IMG/VR virus record: IMGVR_UViG_3300028859_000017
Location: 1 to 64,000 of that record
From: a virus
Length of the DNA: 64,000 nt
Strand: one strand, 5' to 3'
Each line of letters starts with the position of its first letter. Position 1 is the first letter of the stretch. Below the pieces are notes generated by a model. It did not search any database. It worked only from the letters and a program-made list of their open reading frames with translations, and was not told the DNA's origin. Below, in pieces: positions 49,615 to 58,241 of this stretch. Both the position numbers and the translations under genes were made by a program.

Positions 49615-50595
49615 TCATTCCTTATCTTCTATACTATCTGAAACATTTTGCTTTTGAGAGAATATTATTAGAGGTCCAAATGTCTCTTTTAATAACTCAA
49701 GAGCATCCTGAACCTCTTTTATCTTAACACCACATTCATTTTTTAAAGTAAATACTAAATTATTTGCTAATCGTGGCCCTGCTTCTGGTATATGAATAAG
49801 TTCCAATAATTTTGTTATTATTTTTTTATTTAAAGGAGTTATTAAATCATCTTCTATGTTTGATAAATACTCTAAAACTAATAAAAATTCCTGGAAAATT
49901 ATAGGGGCATCAGTAGAAAGATAGGCTTCATTACCAAATAATCGTGAAATATTATCATAACTAACATTAGTGATTCGTTCAGCACCATAGTTCATAGTAA
50001 TTGTAGTTATACCATAGTTTAAAATCATTACAAAATATGTGAATACTCTGGCATAAATTGGATTACCCCTATCATCAGTTCCTACAACTCTATTAGGGTC
50101 AAACTTATCCATGGCCTGAATAATTTTTAATATGGCACTTTGAAAAATTTCCTCATATGCTAACCCATGCTTATGACGGGCATATTTGAAGATTACCCCA
50201 TCGATAAGCTGATAACAATAAGTTAAAAAATCATTCCTATCATTATAGTCTTTACTATCATGCCATTTAGTCCATAAATATTTTCCTACATCCTCTATAA
50301 AATAGTTATTAGACTTCTTTCCTCTTTTCTTTTTATCGGCAAGTTCTGGATATCTTTCAGGATATAAGCTATATGCCTTTAATAGAAAAGAAGAACTATA
50401 CTTATTATTAGGAAATTTATCAAGCATTTCACCAATAATTCGTTTTTCCATAAAGTCCACATCAATTTTAGAATATAGAATTACTCTATATCCGTGCTTA
50501 ACATCTTTTCCAATATCATCTCGGTCTATGCCAAGATTATCATATATATTTTCATAAGTTGGTAAATTTACTTCAAAATTATTATCTATTTCCAA
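49615..50595 (-). CDS. Phage sigma factor (sigma-70 region 2; gp55-like late sigma candidate)
   Basis: EEIFQSAILKIIQAMDKFDPNR...VFTYF matches sigma region 2.2-2.3; TTG start. Confidence 0.7.
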   Translation of the reverse strand: MEIDNNFEVNLPTYENIYDNLGIDRDDIGKDVKHGYRVILYSKIDVDFMEKRIIGEMLDKFPNNKYSSSFLLKAYSLYPERYPELADKKKRGKKSNNYFIEDVGKYLWTKWHDSKDYNDRNDFLTYCYQLIDGVIFKYARHKHGLAYEEIFQSAILKIIQAMDKFDPNRVVGTDDRGNPIYARVFTYFVMILNYGITTITMNYGAERITNVSYDNISRLFGNEAYLSTDAPIIFQEFLLVLEYLSNIEDDLITPLNKKIITKLLELIHIPEAGPRLANNLVFTLKNECGVKIKEVQDALELLKETFGPLIIFSQKQNVSDSIEDKE

Positions 50596-50630
50596 AGCAT
50601 ACCTTCTTTAATTACTTAATTATAACTACA

Positions 50631-50657
50631 ATATCGGATAAACTAAATTAATTCTTA
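50631..50657 (-). promoter_or_regulatory. sigma28-like promoter interleaved with AATTAA late-type motifs
   Basis: TAAG-N15-TCCGATAT; TTAATT at 50607, 50616 and 50648. Confidence 0.65.
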
Positions 50658-50664
50658 ATATAAA

Positions 50665-50695
50665 AATACCCTAATTTAGTAAGAATTAGGGTATT
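50665..50695 (-). terminator. Intrinsic terminator
   Basis: AATACCCTAATT-N7-AATTAGGGTATT perfect 12-bp stem plus T-run. Confidence 0.75.
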
Positions 50696-50720
50696 CAATA
50701 TAGTAAGTAAGAAATAAAAA

Positions 50721-51782
50721 TTATATAGTTATATTCTCTATTTGCTTATTAATATATTCCTCTAAATTATTATTTTCAGTATATGGAATAATTATTAATT
50801 TTATATTATTTTCATTAGCATATATCACTTTATCCATATCTCTTTGAACTGCTTTTTCATGTATCTCTAAAGTTCTATGCCAATGATTAGGATAAATATA
50901 ATGCTGAATTCCTTGATACTCAAAGGCTGCTTTATGTTCCTCATTATAGCCATCAAATTCATATCTATTACCCTTGTAAATAAAACGTGTCTTCTTAAAT
51001 TTATAACCTAATTTTTGCTCTAAAAGTTCTTTACATTTATATTCTGTTTTAAAAGAAGAACATTCAGGGCACCAACTATGGTTATTTTTAATATTATCCC
51101 AAATAGCTTCCCACTGATGACCTTTTTCACACCCCCATACCATTTTTGTATTACTATTTATATATTTAGTGGATATTAATTTACCTTGTTTGCTAGAGGC
51201 AAATTGCTGTAACTCAATAATGCTACATTTTCGTAATTCAGCACAGCACTCTGGACACCAACTTTTGGAATTTTTAATGTGATCCCAACGAGCTTCCCAT
51301 TGATGACCCTCTGAACACTCCCATAATAATTTAGTATTATTATTTATATATTTAATAGATAATAGTCTTCCATTTTTATTTTCAGCATGTTTTTGTAACT
51401 CCTTTATATCACAAAGGGTGCTAGAACATGCTGGACACCACTGACCAGCATTTTTAATATTATTCCAACAAGCTTCCCATTGATGCCCCTCTGAACACTC
51501 CCATAATAATTTAGTATTATTATTTATATATTTAGTGGATATTAATTTACCTTGTTTGCTAGAGGCATATTCCTGTAATTCAATTATATTAGGTTTAGCT
51601 TTTCCAGCACAATAAGGACACCAACTACCACTATTAATACTATTCCAATGAGCTTCCCATTGATGCCCATCTTTACATTGCCACAATAATTTATGCTTAC
51701 TATCAACATATTCTGTAGATAATAATAAGCCACCTTTAGCAGCAGCAAAGGCCTGTAAGGTAGCTACATCATATTTTTTCAT
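50721..51782 (-). CDS. Zn-ribbon-repeat endonuclease (4 repeats)
   Basis: Same family as 33658..34890 and 46869..47762; start abuts the recA stop. Confidence 0.8.
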   Translation of the reverse strand: MKKYDVATLQAFAAAKGGLLLSTEYVDSKHKLLWQCKDGHQWEAHWNSINSGSWCPYCAGKAKPNIIELQEYASSKQGKLISTKYINNNTKLLWECSEGHQWEACWNNIKNAGQWCPACSSTLCDIKELQKHAENKNGRLLSIKYINNNTKLLWECSEGHQWEARWDHIKNSKSWCPECCAELRKCSIIELQQFASSKQGKLISTKYINSNTKMVWGCEKGHQWEAIWDNIKNNHSWCPECSSFKTEYKCKELLEQKLGYKFKKTRFIYKGNRYEFDGYNEEHKAAFEYQGIQHYIYPNHWHRTLEIHEKAVQRDMDKVIYANENNIKLIIIPYTENNNLEEYINKQIENITI

Positions 51783-52946
51783 TTAATCATCTATTCCAGA
51801 TAAGTCAGCTATATCTCTAATATCAGAAGCATCAGGAAGAATAGCCTCTTCAGAACCAGCTGAAAAATTAAGTTTCTCACTATAGCAATTACGCATCATT
51901 TTTAGAAAATGCTGCTTATTTTCCTCAGACTCGTTAAATAATTTAGTGAATGTATCAATAGAATTAAACTTTTTCTCGGAACCATCTGGCATGATAATAG
52001 TCTTCCAAGCAGCTTTACCCATATAATCAGCATCATTTAATAAATCATAGACAATATGTGGATTGTAATAACCACGGTCATCATAATACAAACGTAGCGG
52101 AATGGTCCTCCCTAAAGCAGCCGAGGACTTACATTTTATTATTTTTGTTCTCACGAAATGACCAGAAGGAAGCTTGGGGTCAGAGCCTATAAATTTACCT
52201 CTATCCATAAATAATCTAGAAATACAGGCATAACGAACAGCATCTCCTCCAACAGTAGTATATACAGGTCCTTGCCAAGAACTAGTCATGCCACCAATTT
52301 GCTGTCTTACTTGATTTATAATTAATACAGCTAGGTTAGTCTCACGGCACAGCATTTTAGTTCGTTTTAGACCTTTTGAAATCATTTTAGCAGTCATGGC
52401 CACAGTGCTTGTCTCATAATCACTTTCTAATTCGGCCCTGGTGCTTAATCCTGCCAGGGAATCTAAAACTACTAAACTAGGAACAGATATATTTTTACGC
52501 TGAATATAATTAGCGATTTTTTCAATTTGAGCAAAAGCACGTTCTGCCAAATCCTCTACTGTAATAATACACTTTTTAGTGTCAACACCGAAATTTTCCA
52601 TTCTAAACCGATCGCCTGACCCGCCCTCAGTGTCAATAAGGCAAGCAAGGCCACCAAGCTTCTGAACTTGAGCCAACATATGAATACCGAAGGAGCTCTT
52701 CCCCGACCCCTCTTTTCCCGAAATTTCTGCCATAGCTCCCTGTATAAGGCCTCCTCCAAGTAAGAAATCTAACGAATCTATTCCAGTTGGTATAAAAGAC
52801 CTTACAAAGTCTTCATCATCTAGTGCTGTATTGCCACCAAATTCCTTTCTCAATTGGCTCTTAAATTCGTCAAGGTCATTAAAATTATCGGTAGCATTAA
52901 TGATACTTATATCTCTATCTAATTTATTTGATTTTTTGGCTGGCAT
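51783..52946 (-). CDS. uvsX: RecA/UvsX recombinase
   Basis: IPTGIDSLDFLLGGG, GKEGSGKS, IDTE, VVLDSLAGL, INQVR; ATG at 52946 with GGAG RBS preferred over the track start at 53009. Confidence 0.93.
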   Translation of the reverse strand: MPAKKSNKLDRDISIINATDNFNDLDEFKSQLRKEFGGNTALDDEDFVRSFIPTGIDSLDFLLGGGLIQGAMAEISGKEGSGKSSFGIHMLAQVQKLGGLACLIDTEGGSGDRFRMENFGVDTKKCIITVEDLAERAFAQIEKIANYIQRKNISVPSLVVLDSLAGLSTRAELESDYETSTVAMTAKMISKGLKRTKMLCRETNLAVLIINQVRQQIGGMTSSWQGPVYTTVGGDAVRYACISRLFMDRGKFIGSDPKLPSGHFVRTKIIKCKSSAALGRTIPLRLYYDDRGYYNPHIVYDLLNDADYMGKAAWKTIIMPDGSEKKFNSIDTFTKLFNESEENKQHFLKMMRNCYSEKLNFSAGSEEAILPDASDIRDIADLSGIDD

Positions 52947-52966
52947 TATGTCATCTCCATAGTATA

Positions 52967-52993
52967 TTATCGACAAATACAAGAAAAGCCTGA
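52967..52993 (-). promoter_or_regulatory. sigma28-like promoter
   Basis: TCAG-N15-GTCGATAA. Confidence 0.7.
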
Positions 52994-53012
52994 GAGATAT
53001 CCCAGGCACCTT

Positions 53013-53165
53013 CTATAGGTTAGTGATATAATCTTCTAAATTCTTTTCTTCTGTATAGGGTATTATTAATAATTTTATATTATTTTCTCTAGCATATTCT
53101 ATCTTATCTAAATCACGTTGTTTTGCTGCTAAATGTCTAAGGTCTGTAATAGTATAAGTAATCAT
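53013..53165 (-). pseudogene. Second 50-aa internally deleted mini-copy of the Zn-ribbon-repeat endonuclease family
   Basis: MITYTITDLRHLAAKQRDLDKIEYARENNIKLLIIPYTEEKNLEDYITNL*. Confidence 0.85.
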
Positions 53166-53184
53166 AGGATATACCAGAAATAAA

Positions 53185-53212
53185 AATGCCTACAAATTAT
53201 CTTGTAGGCATT
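53185..53212 (-). terminator. Intrinsic terminator after ssb
   Basis: AATGCCTACAA-N6-TTGTAGGCATT plus T-run. Confidence 0.75.
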
Positions 53213-53229
53213 CCATTATCTAGTCTTTA

Positions 53230-54096
53230 TTAGTCCTCATCCAAAAGTTTTCGCATTTCATCAAGGTCTATTTCACTACCTACTTCTGGTTCCTTTGACT
53301 GAGCCTTTCGTGGTTCTGGCTTATACTTATCGAGCATTGCGTGTTCTATTTCAGCTTCATCAAGCTCTTCATCAGCCTCTACTGGAGTTGAACTAAATTC
53401 CTTAAACTTAGCAGCAAGTTCAGTATCATTGAGAGGAGAAACAACACTAGTGAGGTCTGGAGAAGCATCAACAAGAGAGTCCCAAATTTTCTTAGCATTT
53501 TTGCCATCAAAGGCAGCAGATGAATCGCCGAAATCCCAGCTGATCGTTGTAACCGTATTCTTTCCTGTGGCTTTGGTTTTTAGAAGCTCCACATCACGAC
53601 CGGTCTGAAAATCAACAAAATCAATTTCCTTTTCTAGCTTGCTTTCAATAAGGCTCATTACCGACTGAGAAGAAGCTCTAACAATCTTAATATCATCAGA
53701 GGAAATGTTAGCTGGATCAATTTCATTTGGCTGAAAACCAACTAGCAAATAATGCTTTTTAGCAAATAACTTCTTAGCTGCTTCGAGATATTCCTTGTCA
53801 TTAGTCTTTGTAAACTTACGATAAGTCTTTGAGGCTAAATCACAGAAGGGGCAGAAACGATCCTCTGTTTGACGGGGGCAGGCAATACTCTCAAAATGAC
53901 CATCAGGGAATGTGACAGCATGATGATTAAAAATACTAATAGGAAGCTCTAGATTTTCTGACTTTAGTGGTAGAAATCTCAGAGTGTACTTATGACCAGC
54001 ATCATACTTCATCCAATTGAGACCAGAAGAAGCTTTCTTGGCCTTTGACTGTTCCATCTTCTGCTTAAACTTTTCGAAATTAGTAGTAGTAGCCAA
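53230..54096 (-). CDS. gp32: Single-stranded DNA-binding protein (gp32-like)
   Basis: LRFLP...H...CP...CPFC zinc module and acidic tail ending LLDED; TTG at 54096 with AAAGGA RBS preferred over the track GTG at 54138. Confidence 0.85.
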   Translation of the reverse strand: MATTTNFEKFKQKMEQSKAKKASSGLNWMKYDAGHKYTLRFLPLKSENLELPISIFNHHAVTFPDGHFESIACPRQTEDRFCPFCDLASKTYRKFTKTNDKEYLEAAKKLFAKKHYLLVGFQPNEIDPANISSDDIKIVRASSQSVMSLIESKLEKEIDFVDFQTGRDVELLKTKATGKNTVTTISWDFGDSSAAFDGKNAKKIWDSLVDASPDLTSVVSPLNDTELAAKFKEFSSTPVEADEELDEAEIEHAMLDKYKPEPRKAQSKEPEVGSEIDLDEMRKLLDED

Positions 54097-54109
54097 TTTA
54101 TTTCCTTTT

Positions 54110-54147
54110 GCGAACTTAATCGCTGAAAAGATACCCACTTAGGCATC
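54110..54147 (-). promoter_or_regulatory. Twin hairpins with TAAGT loops immediately before the ssb RBS
   Basis: GATGCC-TAAGTG-GGTATC and GCGA-TTAAGT-TCGC. Confidence 0.5.
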
Positions 54148-54224
54148 AAAATTATTAATCATATAATTAATTCAGTAGTTTCTTGGTAGCTGTTTCTCTG
54201 TCTGCTACCCTTGCTACATAACTA

Positions 54225-54251
54225 ATATCGGTAAGCACTCAGAAAACATGA
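54225..54251 (-). promoter_or_regulatory. sigma28-like promoter for ssb
   Basis: TCAT-N15-ACCGATAT. Confidence 0.65.
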
Positions 54252-54269
54252 GAAAAAATTTTTGAAAAT

Positions 54270-54806
54270 TTACCACATAACCTGACCCATAGGAACGAAA
54301 TCACTAGGGTGAAGGGCATAATCATCAGGTTCAACTACATCATTATACTTACACCAAGAGGTATTAGCACTAACTTCAAGCATATTAGCCACTAATACTG
54401 AGCAGTCCATTGCCCTATAACGAAATAGCTGCTGAAAAATAGGCTTAAATGTCCAACAACCAAAGGTAAGCCTATGTAAGAAATGGTTTAAGGCAGAATC
54501 AGCTAAACATAAATATCCATAAGGCTCATGTCTCCAAAAACTTTTTTCATTAATTTCTGGAAGATTAAAAGTTGGTCTAAAACAAAAAACTTCCTCAGCA
54601 TCTTCTAAATAATAAAAAGGAGCATAGGATAAAGTTCTCAAAGTAAGTGCTTCAAGAATGTATAGCTTTCCATCCACCTCTCTGACAGCAGCTGAATGGA
54701 CAAAAGAACTTCCTTCAATCAATCTAATTAGTTTCTGAAGGAAAGTTGCTTTTTCTTTATGTGTAAAAAGTAAAATATCGCCATGACGCAATTCGGTATA
54801 CAGCAT
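54270..54806 (-). CDS. Permuted papain-like (YiiX/YaeF, NlpC/P60) amidase
   Basis: LRHGDILLF...FVHSAAV...DCSVLVA...VEPDD; His-before-Cys order. Confidence 0.8.
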   Translation of the reverse strand: MLYTELRHGDILLFTHKEKATFLQKLIRLIEGSSFVHSAAVREVDGKLYILEALTLRTLSYAPFYYLEDAEEVFCFRPTFNLPEINEKSFWRHEPYGYLCLADSALNHFLHRLTFGCWTFKPIFQQLFRYRAMDCSVLVANMLEVSANTSWCKYNDVVEPDDYALHPSDFVPMGQVMW

Positions 54807-54860
54807 TAAACCTCCTAAAATTAATTATTTAGGATACCAAATATTTATTTTCAAAAACCC

Positions 54861-54887
54861 TAAAGTTTCTCCAATATTATACGATAA
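54861..54887 (+). promoter_or_regulatory. sigma28-like promoter with consensus extended -35
   Basis: TAAAGTTT (-35), 15-nt spacing from TAAA, TACGATAA (-10). Confidence 0.75.
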
Positions 54888-54889
54888 TA

Positions 54890-55100
54890 AAGCAGCAACT
54901 TGTCGCTTAAATATTAACCTTCAAGCAAAGCAAAGAAAGCCTAAACAAACAAGTAAAACCTAAAAGATAGAAGTTCAAAACAAAAATAAATCGTTCGAAG
55001 CGAAGCTGAGAACTGGGTTGAGAGAACGAAGTTCGAGCAACCCATAAGGAACTGGAACTAGAACTAAGAAGATAAATAAGTAGTATGAAAGCTGACAATG
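54890..55100 (+). other. Structured non-coding region (leader RNA, sRNA or origin candidate)
   Basis: Hairpins AGC-GAA-GCT (54999-55007) and TGGGTTG...GAAC-GAA-GTTC...CAACCCA (55014-55044), GAACT repeats, strong purine skew. Confidence 0.4.
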
Positions 55101-55107
55101 AATAACT

Positions 55108-56250
55108 ATGGCTTCTATTAAATTTAGACAAAAATTATCTGGAAGACTTAGAACTGGAAAAAGGTCTAAAAAACTTAATACCAGAACTAAGATATCTGAG
55201 AATAATAACAATCCTCTTCTAATTGTTGATATAACTTATCTTGAGGAATTATTGTTATTCAGACAGCAGTGTAAAACTTCTGCTCTCTATAATAAATCCA
55301 TAGAAGAATTAGTTAAAAGAGTATATACATGGCTATATTCTGCTTTTACTATAATAAACCCTTCTGGAATTCTGTTTATTTCAGAACAAAATACAACTTT
55401 AACACAGGCTTTAAATCAGTCTGTAATATATGGAAATGTTAAAAATATCATATTCTCTTTACTTAATCAACAGATAAATAATAAATCTATCTGTATTCTT
55501 TCTAATAATTTAGATTTATGGTCTCTAGTCTCCTTTTCTGCTAAAATATCTTTTCTGGCTATAAATTCAGATAATAGACTTTATTACTATAATAATAAAA
55601 CTGGTTTAGATATTCTTTCTAAACTTATAGGAACTTATAAAATAGTAAATAAACTTGGATTAGATAGTTTAAAGTATATGAGTCTTCAATATCTTTATAT
55701 GTTGCTTTTTTATATTCAATTTACTAACAAGAAGAAAAATGAAGATTTTTATTTTGATAAAGATTATTTTAAAAACAACTATAAAAAATTTTCTAAATCA
55801 AATGGATTAGGTCTGGAACTCATAGCTAAAGCCCATAAGTTTTTAAGTTATGCTTTTTTAACTAAACCAGAATTTTTAGATTATTTCTTTCTGGGCAACT
55901 CTTCCCACTTCTCCTTAAATCTTCAGCGTTTAATGAAGCTTTTATATTTTGATAGAGTTTTATTAGAGGGTATGAAAGCATCCTATGATAAAGTTCAAAA
56001 ACCTTCTGTAATACCTAATATAGACTTCTCTAATACCCAGCCAGAGCTCCCAAGTCAGTTTAAATGTTATACTATGCTGTGGAATAATGATACCTCCTGT
56101 GATAGCCTACAAGAGCAGAAAATATTTGATAGAATAAGTAATAGGTATAATAAAAAACTTGAGGAACCTATTGAACAAGCTGAAATTACCGATAATAATA
56201 GTATTAATACTGTTGAGAATTATGTAAAAAACCTTTTATCGGAGATATAG
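55108..56250 (+). CDS. Degenerate 5'-3' exonuclease/PIN-like paralogue
   Basis: LLIVDITY and ICILSNNLDLWSLV align with VLLIDGHN and VIILSNDSDFLQLV of the next gene. Confidence 0.5.
   Translation: MASIKFRQKLSGRLRTGKRSKKLNTRTKISENNNNPLLIVDITYLEELLLFRQQCKTSALYNKSIEELVKRVYTWLYSAFTIINPSGILFISEQNTTLTQALNQSVIYGNVKNIIFSLLNQQINNKSICILSNNLDLWSLVSFSAKISFLAINSDNRLYYYNNKTGLDILSKLIGTYKIVNKLGLDSLKYMSLQYLYMLLFYIQFTNKKKNEDFYFDKDYFKNNYKKFSKSNGLGLELIAKAHKFLSYAFLTKPEFLDYFFLGNSSHFSLNLQRLMKLLYFDRVLLEGMKASYDKVQKPSVIPNIDFSNTQPELPSQFKCYTMLWNNDTSCDSLQEQKIFDRISNRYNKKLEEPIEQAEITDNNSINTVENYVKNLLSEI
56169..56195 (+). promoter_or_regulatory. sigma28-like promoter
   Basis: TATT-N15-ACCGATAA upstream of the exonuclease gene. 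Confidence 0.5.
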
Positions 56251-57305
56251 TGGTAAGTCCTAAATTCATGGATTCACAAAATGTTCTCTTAATTGATGGA
56301 CACAATCTCTTAATAAGGGTAATGTTTTCTAAGAATAAGGGTTCAGTAGTGATATCCGAACCTGAGTTAATACAGGAATGTGCTGAAATTTTTATTAATC
56401 AAATCAGTCTTTGTATCAGGAAATATTCTTGTAAGCGACTTTATGTAGCATTTGATAATGGTGGCTCTATAAGAAAGAAAGCTATCTTTGAAGCATATAA
56501 AGCAAATAGACCTGCCTCAGGAACTAACTATGGACAAGTTTCCGCTTTTAATGATACTAGTAGTGATTTATTTAGTAAGTTAAAAGAAAAAGTATTAGAG
56601 CTTTGTAATATACTTAATCTAACTGTTTTCTGTGAGTATGGAATAGAAGCAGATGATTACATAGGAATTGCTACTAAAGAGCTTACTAATATAGGTAAGC
56701 AAGTTATTATTCTGAGTAATGATAGCGACTTTCTTCAGCTTGTTAGAACCCCTTCTGTAATTTGTTCTATTCCCTATAATAAATCAGAGGTATCTTTAGA
56801 TAATTTTACTCGTTACTTTTCTGAATTGCCAAAAACAAAAGGAGTAACTATTAGTAGTTATGAATATTTGTTTTATAAGGTTATAGTTGGAGATACTTCA
56901 GATAATATTAATGGAATTAAAGGAATTGGTTATAAGACTTTATTTAAATTAATGAAAGAACAATTACCATTAGAAAATAAATCTACTTTAGATATTTATG
57001 TTAAAAATAATTTAGATTATATTAAACTTCTTTCTTCACGGAATTCAACTAAATTAGAGAAACTTATTCACGAGAATATAGAATTACTTGAACGTAATTA
57101 TAAGTTAATAGATTTAACTTCTTCTGTAATTTCTTCAAATACAGTATCCTTAACCTTAAAAAAGTTATTAGAGGTCGGTGAGCTTCCTGGAAAAAAAGAA
57201 ACCATTCATAAATTTCATGAGTTATTTCCATTAGCTACTAATTATATAGACTTTGTTATCAGCACTTTATTTGCCTTTAAACCGGTCTATAAAGAACCTG
57301 AGTAA
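56250..57305 (+). CDS. rnh: 5'-3' exonuclease / RNase H (T4 rnh, FEN family)
   Basis: IDGHN, AFD, YKANR, EADD, SNDSDFLQL, GDTSDNINGIKGIG. Confidence 0.92.
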   Translation: MVSPKFMDSQNVLLIDGHNLLIRVMFSKNKGSVVISEPELIQECAEIFINQISLCIRKYSCKRLYVAFDNGGSIRKKAIFEAYKANRPASGTNYGQVSAFNDTSSDLFSKLKEKVLELCNILNLTVFCEYGIEADDYIGIATKELTNIGKQVIILSNDSDFLQLVRTPSVICSIPYNKSEVSLDNFTRYFSELPKTKGVTISSYEYLFYKVIVGDTSDNINGIKGIGYKTLFKLMKEQLPLENKSTLDIYVKNNLDYIKLLSSRNSTKLEKLIHENIELLERNYKLIDLTSSVISSNTVSLTLKKLLEVGELPGKKETIHKFHELFPLATNYIDFVISTLFAFKPVYKEPE

Positions 57306-57316
57306 TTTGTCGATAC
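57290..57316 (+). promoter_or_regulatory. sigma28-like promoter for primase
   Basis: TAAA-N15-GTCGATAC, then GGAGG RBS. Confidence 0.7.
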
Positions 57317-57334
57317 TTACTGTGGGAGGTTGCA

Positions 57335-58237
57335 ATGTCTGACTCTGAGTATGTGATAAACTGTCCAAGATGTGATTCTTGTAAGTCTCCTAAGCTTTAT
57401 GTAAATCCAACGAAGGCAATGTTTAATTGCTTCAGATGTGGATGGCATGGTAGGCTTTCTGAATTGTATAAATATCCTGAGATAATATCTTCTTTACAAG
57501 ATAAGATTAGCTTATCTGAATTTACTAAGTTGAAATCTTTTAAACCTTTAACAGTTAAGAATGTAGATGCCTTAGAGGATTTAAATCCAGTTCGTGAAAT
57601 TTCCTTTGAAGATGCTCAATATTCTTACTTAGTTTCAAGAGGATGGTCAGAGGAGCTTATTTTTATTTACAGACCTTTAGTTTCTTTAAATCCTGCTTAT
57701 TTAGATAGGGTTATTTTGCCTGTGATTAGAGAAGATAAGATAGTTTATTGGACCGCAAGAAGTATTAAATCAGATGGCTCAATGAAATATAAAAATCCTT
57801 CTATCCCAAGAAAGGATATTATATTTGAGTCTAAGTTATCTGAAAATAAGTTTTTTCCAGATAGTTTAGTAATATGTGAGGGTATTTTTGATGCTTGCTC
57901 TATTCCAAATGCTGTGGCTTTATTTGGAAAAACTATAACCAAGGAAAATGAGACTAACTTACTTCAAAAATTAATGGGAAAATCTAAGGTATATGTAGCA
58001 TTGGATTTTGGAGCAGAATCTTGGATACAAACTATCTGTAGTAAGCTTCATAATTGGATGCCTAATAAGGAGGTATACTACATAGATACTTCTAAATATA
58101 AAGACAATGATTTAGGAAAATTAGCTGAGACTTTAAGTTCCTTTGATTTAATGGCTTGGATACAAACAAATAGTATTAGATATATGCCACAATCAACAAT
58201 GGAAACTTTAAAGAGTAGACTGAAGCTGTATAATTAA
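57335..58237 (+). CDS. DNA primase (Zn finger plus TOPRIM)
   Basis: CPRC...FNCFRCG, RVILP, WTARS, KYKNP, ICEGIFDA, ALD. Confidence 0.9.
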   Translation: MSDSEYVINCPRCDSCKSPKLYVNPTKAMFNCFRCGWHGRLSELYKYPEIISSLQDKISLSEFTKLKSFKPLTVKNVDALEDLNPVREISFEDAQYSYLVSRGWSEELIFIYRPLVSLNPAYLDRVILPVIREDKIVYWTARSIKSDGSMKYKNPSIPRKDIIFESKLSENKFFPDSLVICEGIFDACSIPNAVALFGKTITKENETNLLQKLMGKSKVYVALDFGAESWIQTICSKLHNWMPNKEVYYIDTSKYKDNDLGKLAETLSSFDLMAWIQTNSIRYMPQSTMETLKSRLKLYN

Positions 58238-58241
58238 GTTT

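Noticed and set aside
54907-55211. Two minus-strand ORFs of 74 and 78 aa at the strand switch
   Set aside because: Low-complexity Leu/Phe/Ser translations of a purine-skewed tract that overlap the divergent gene and lack an RBS
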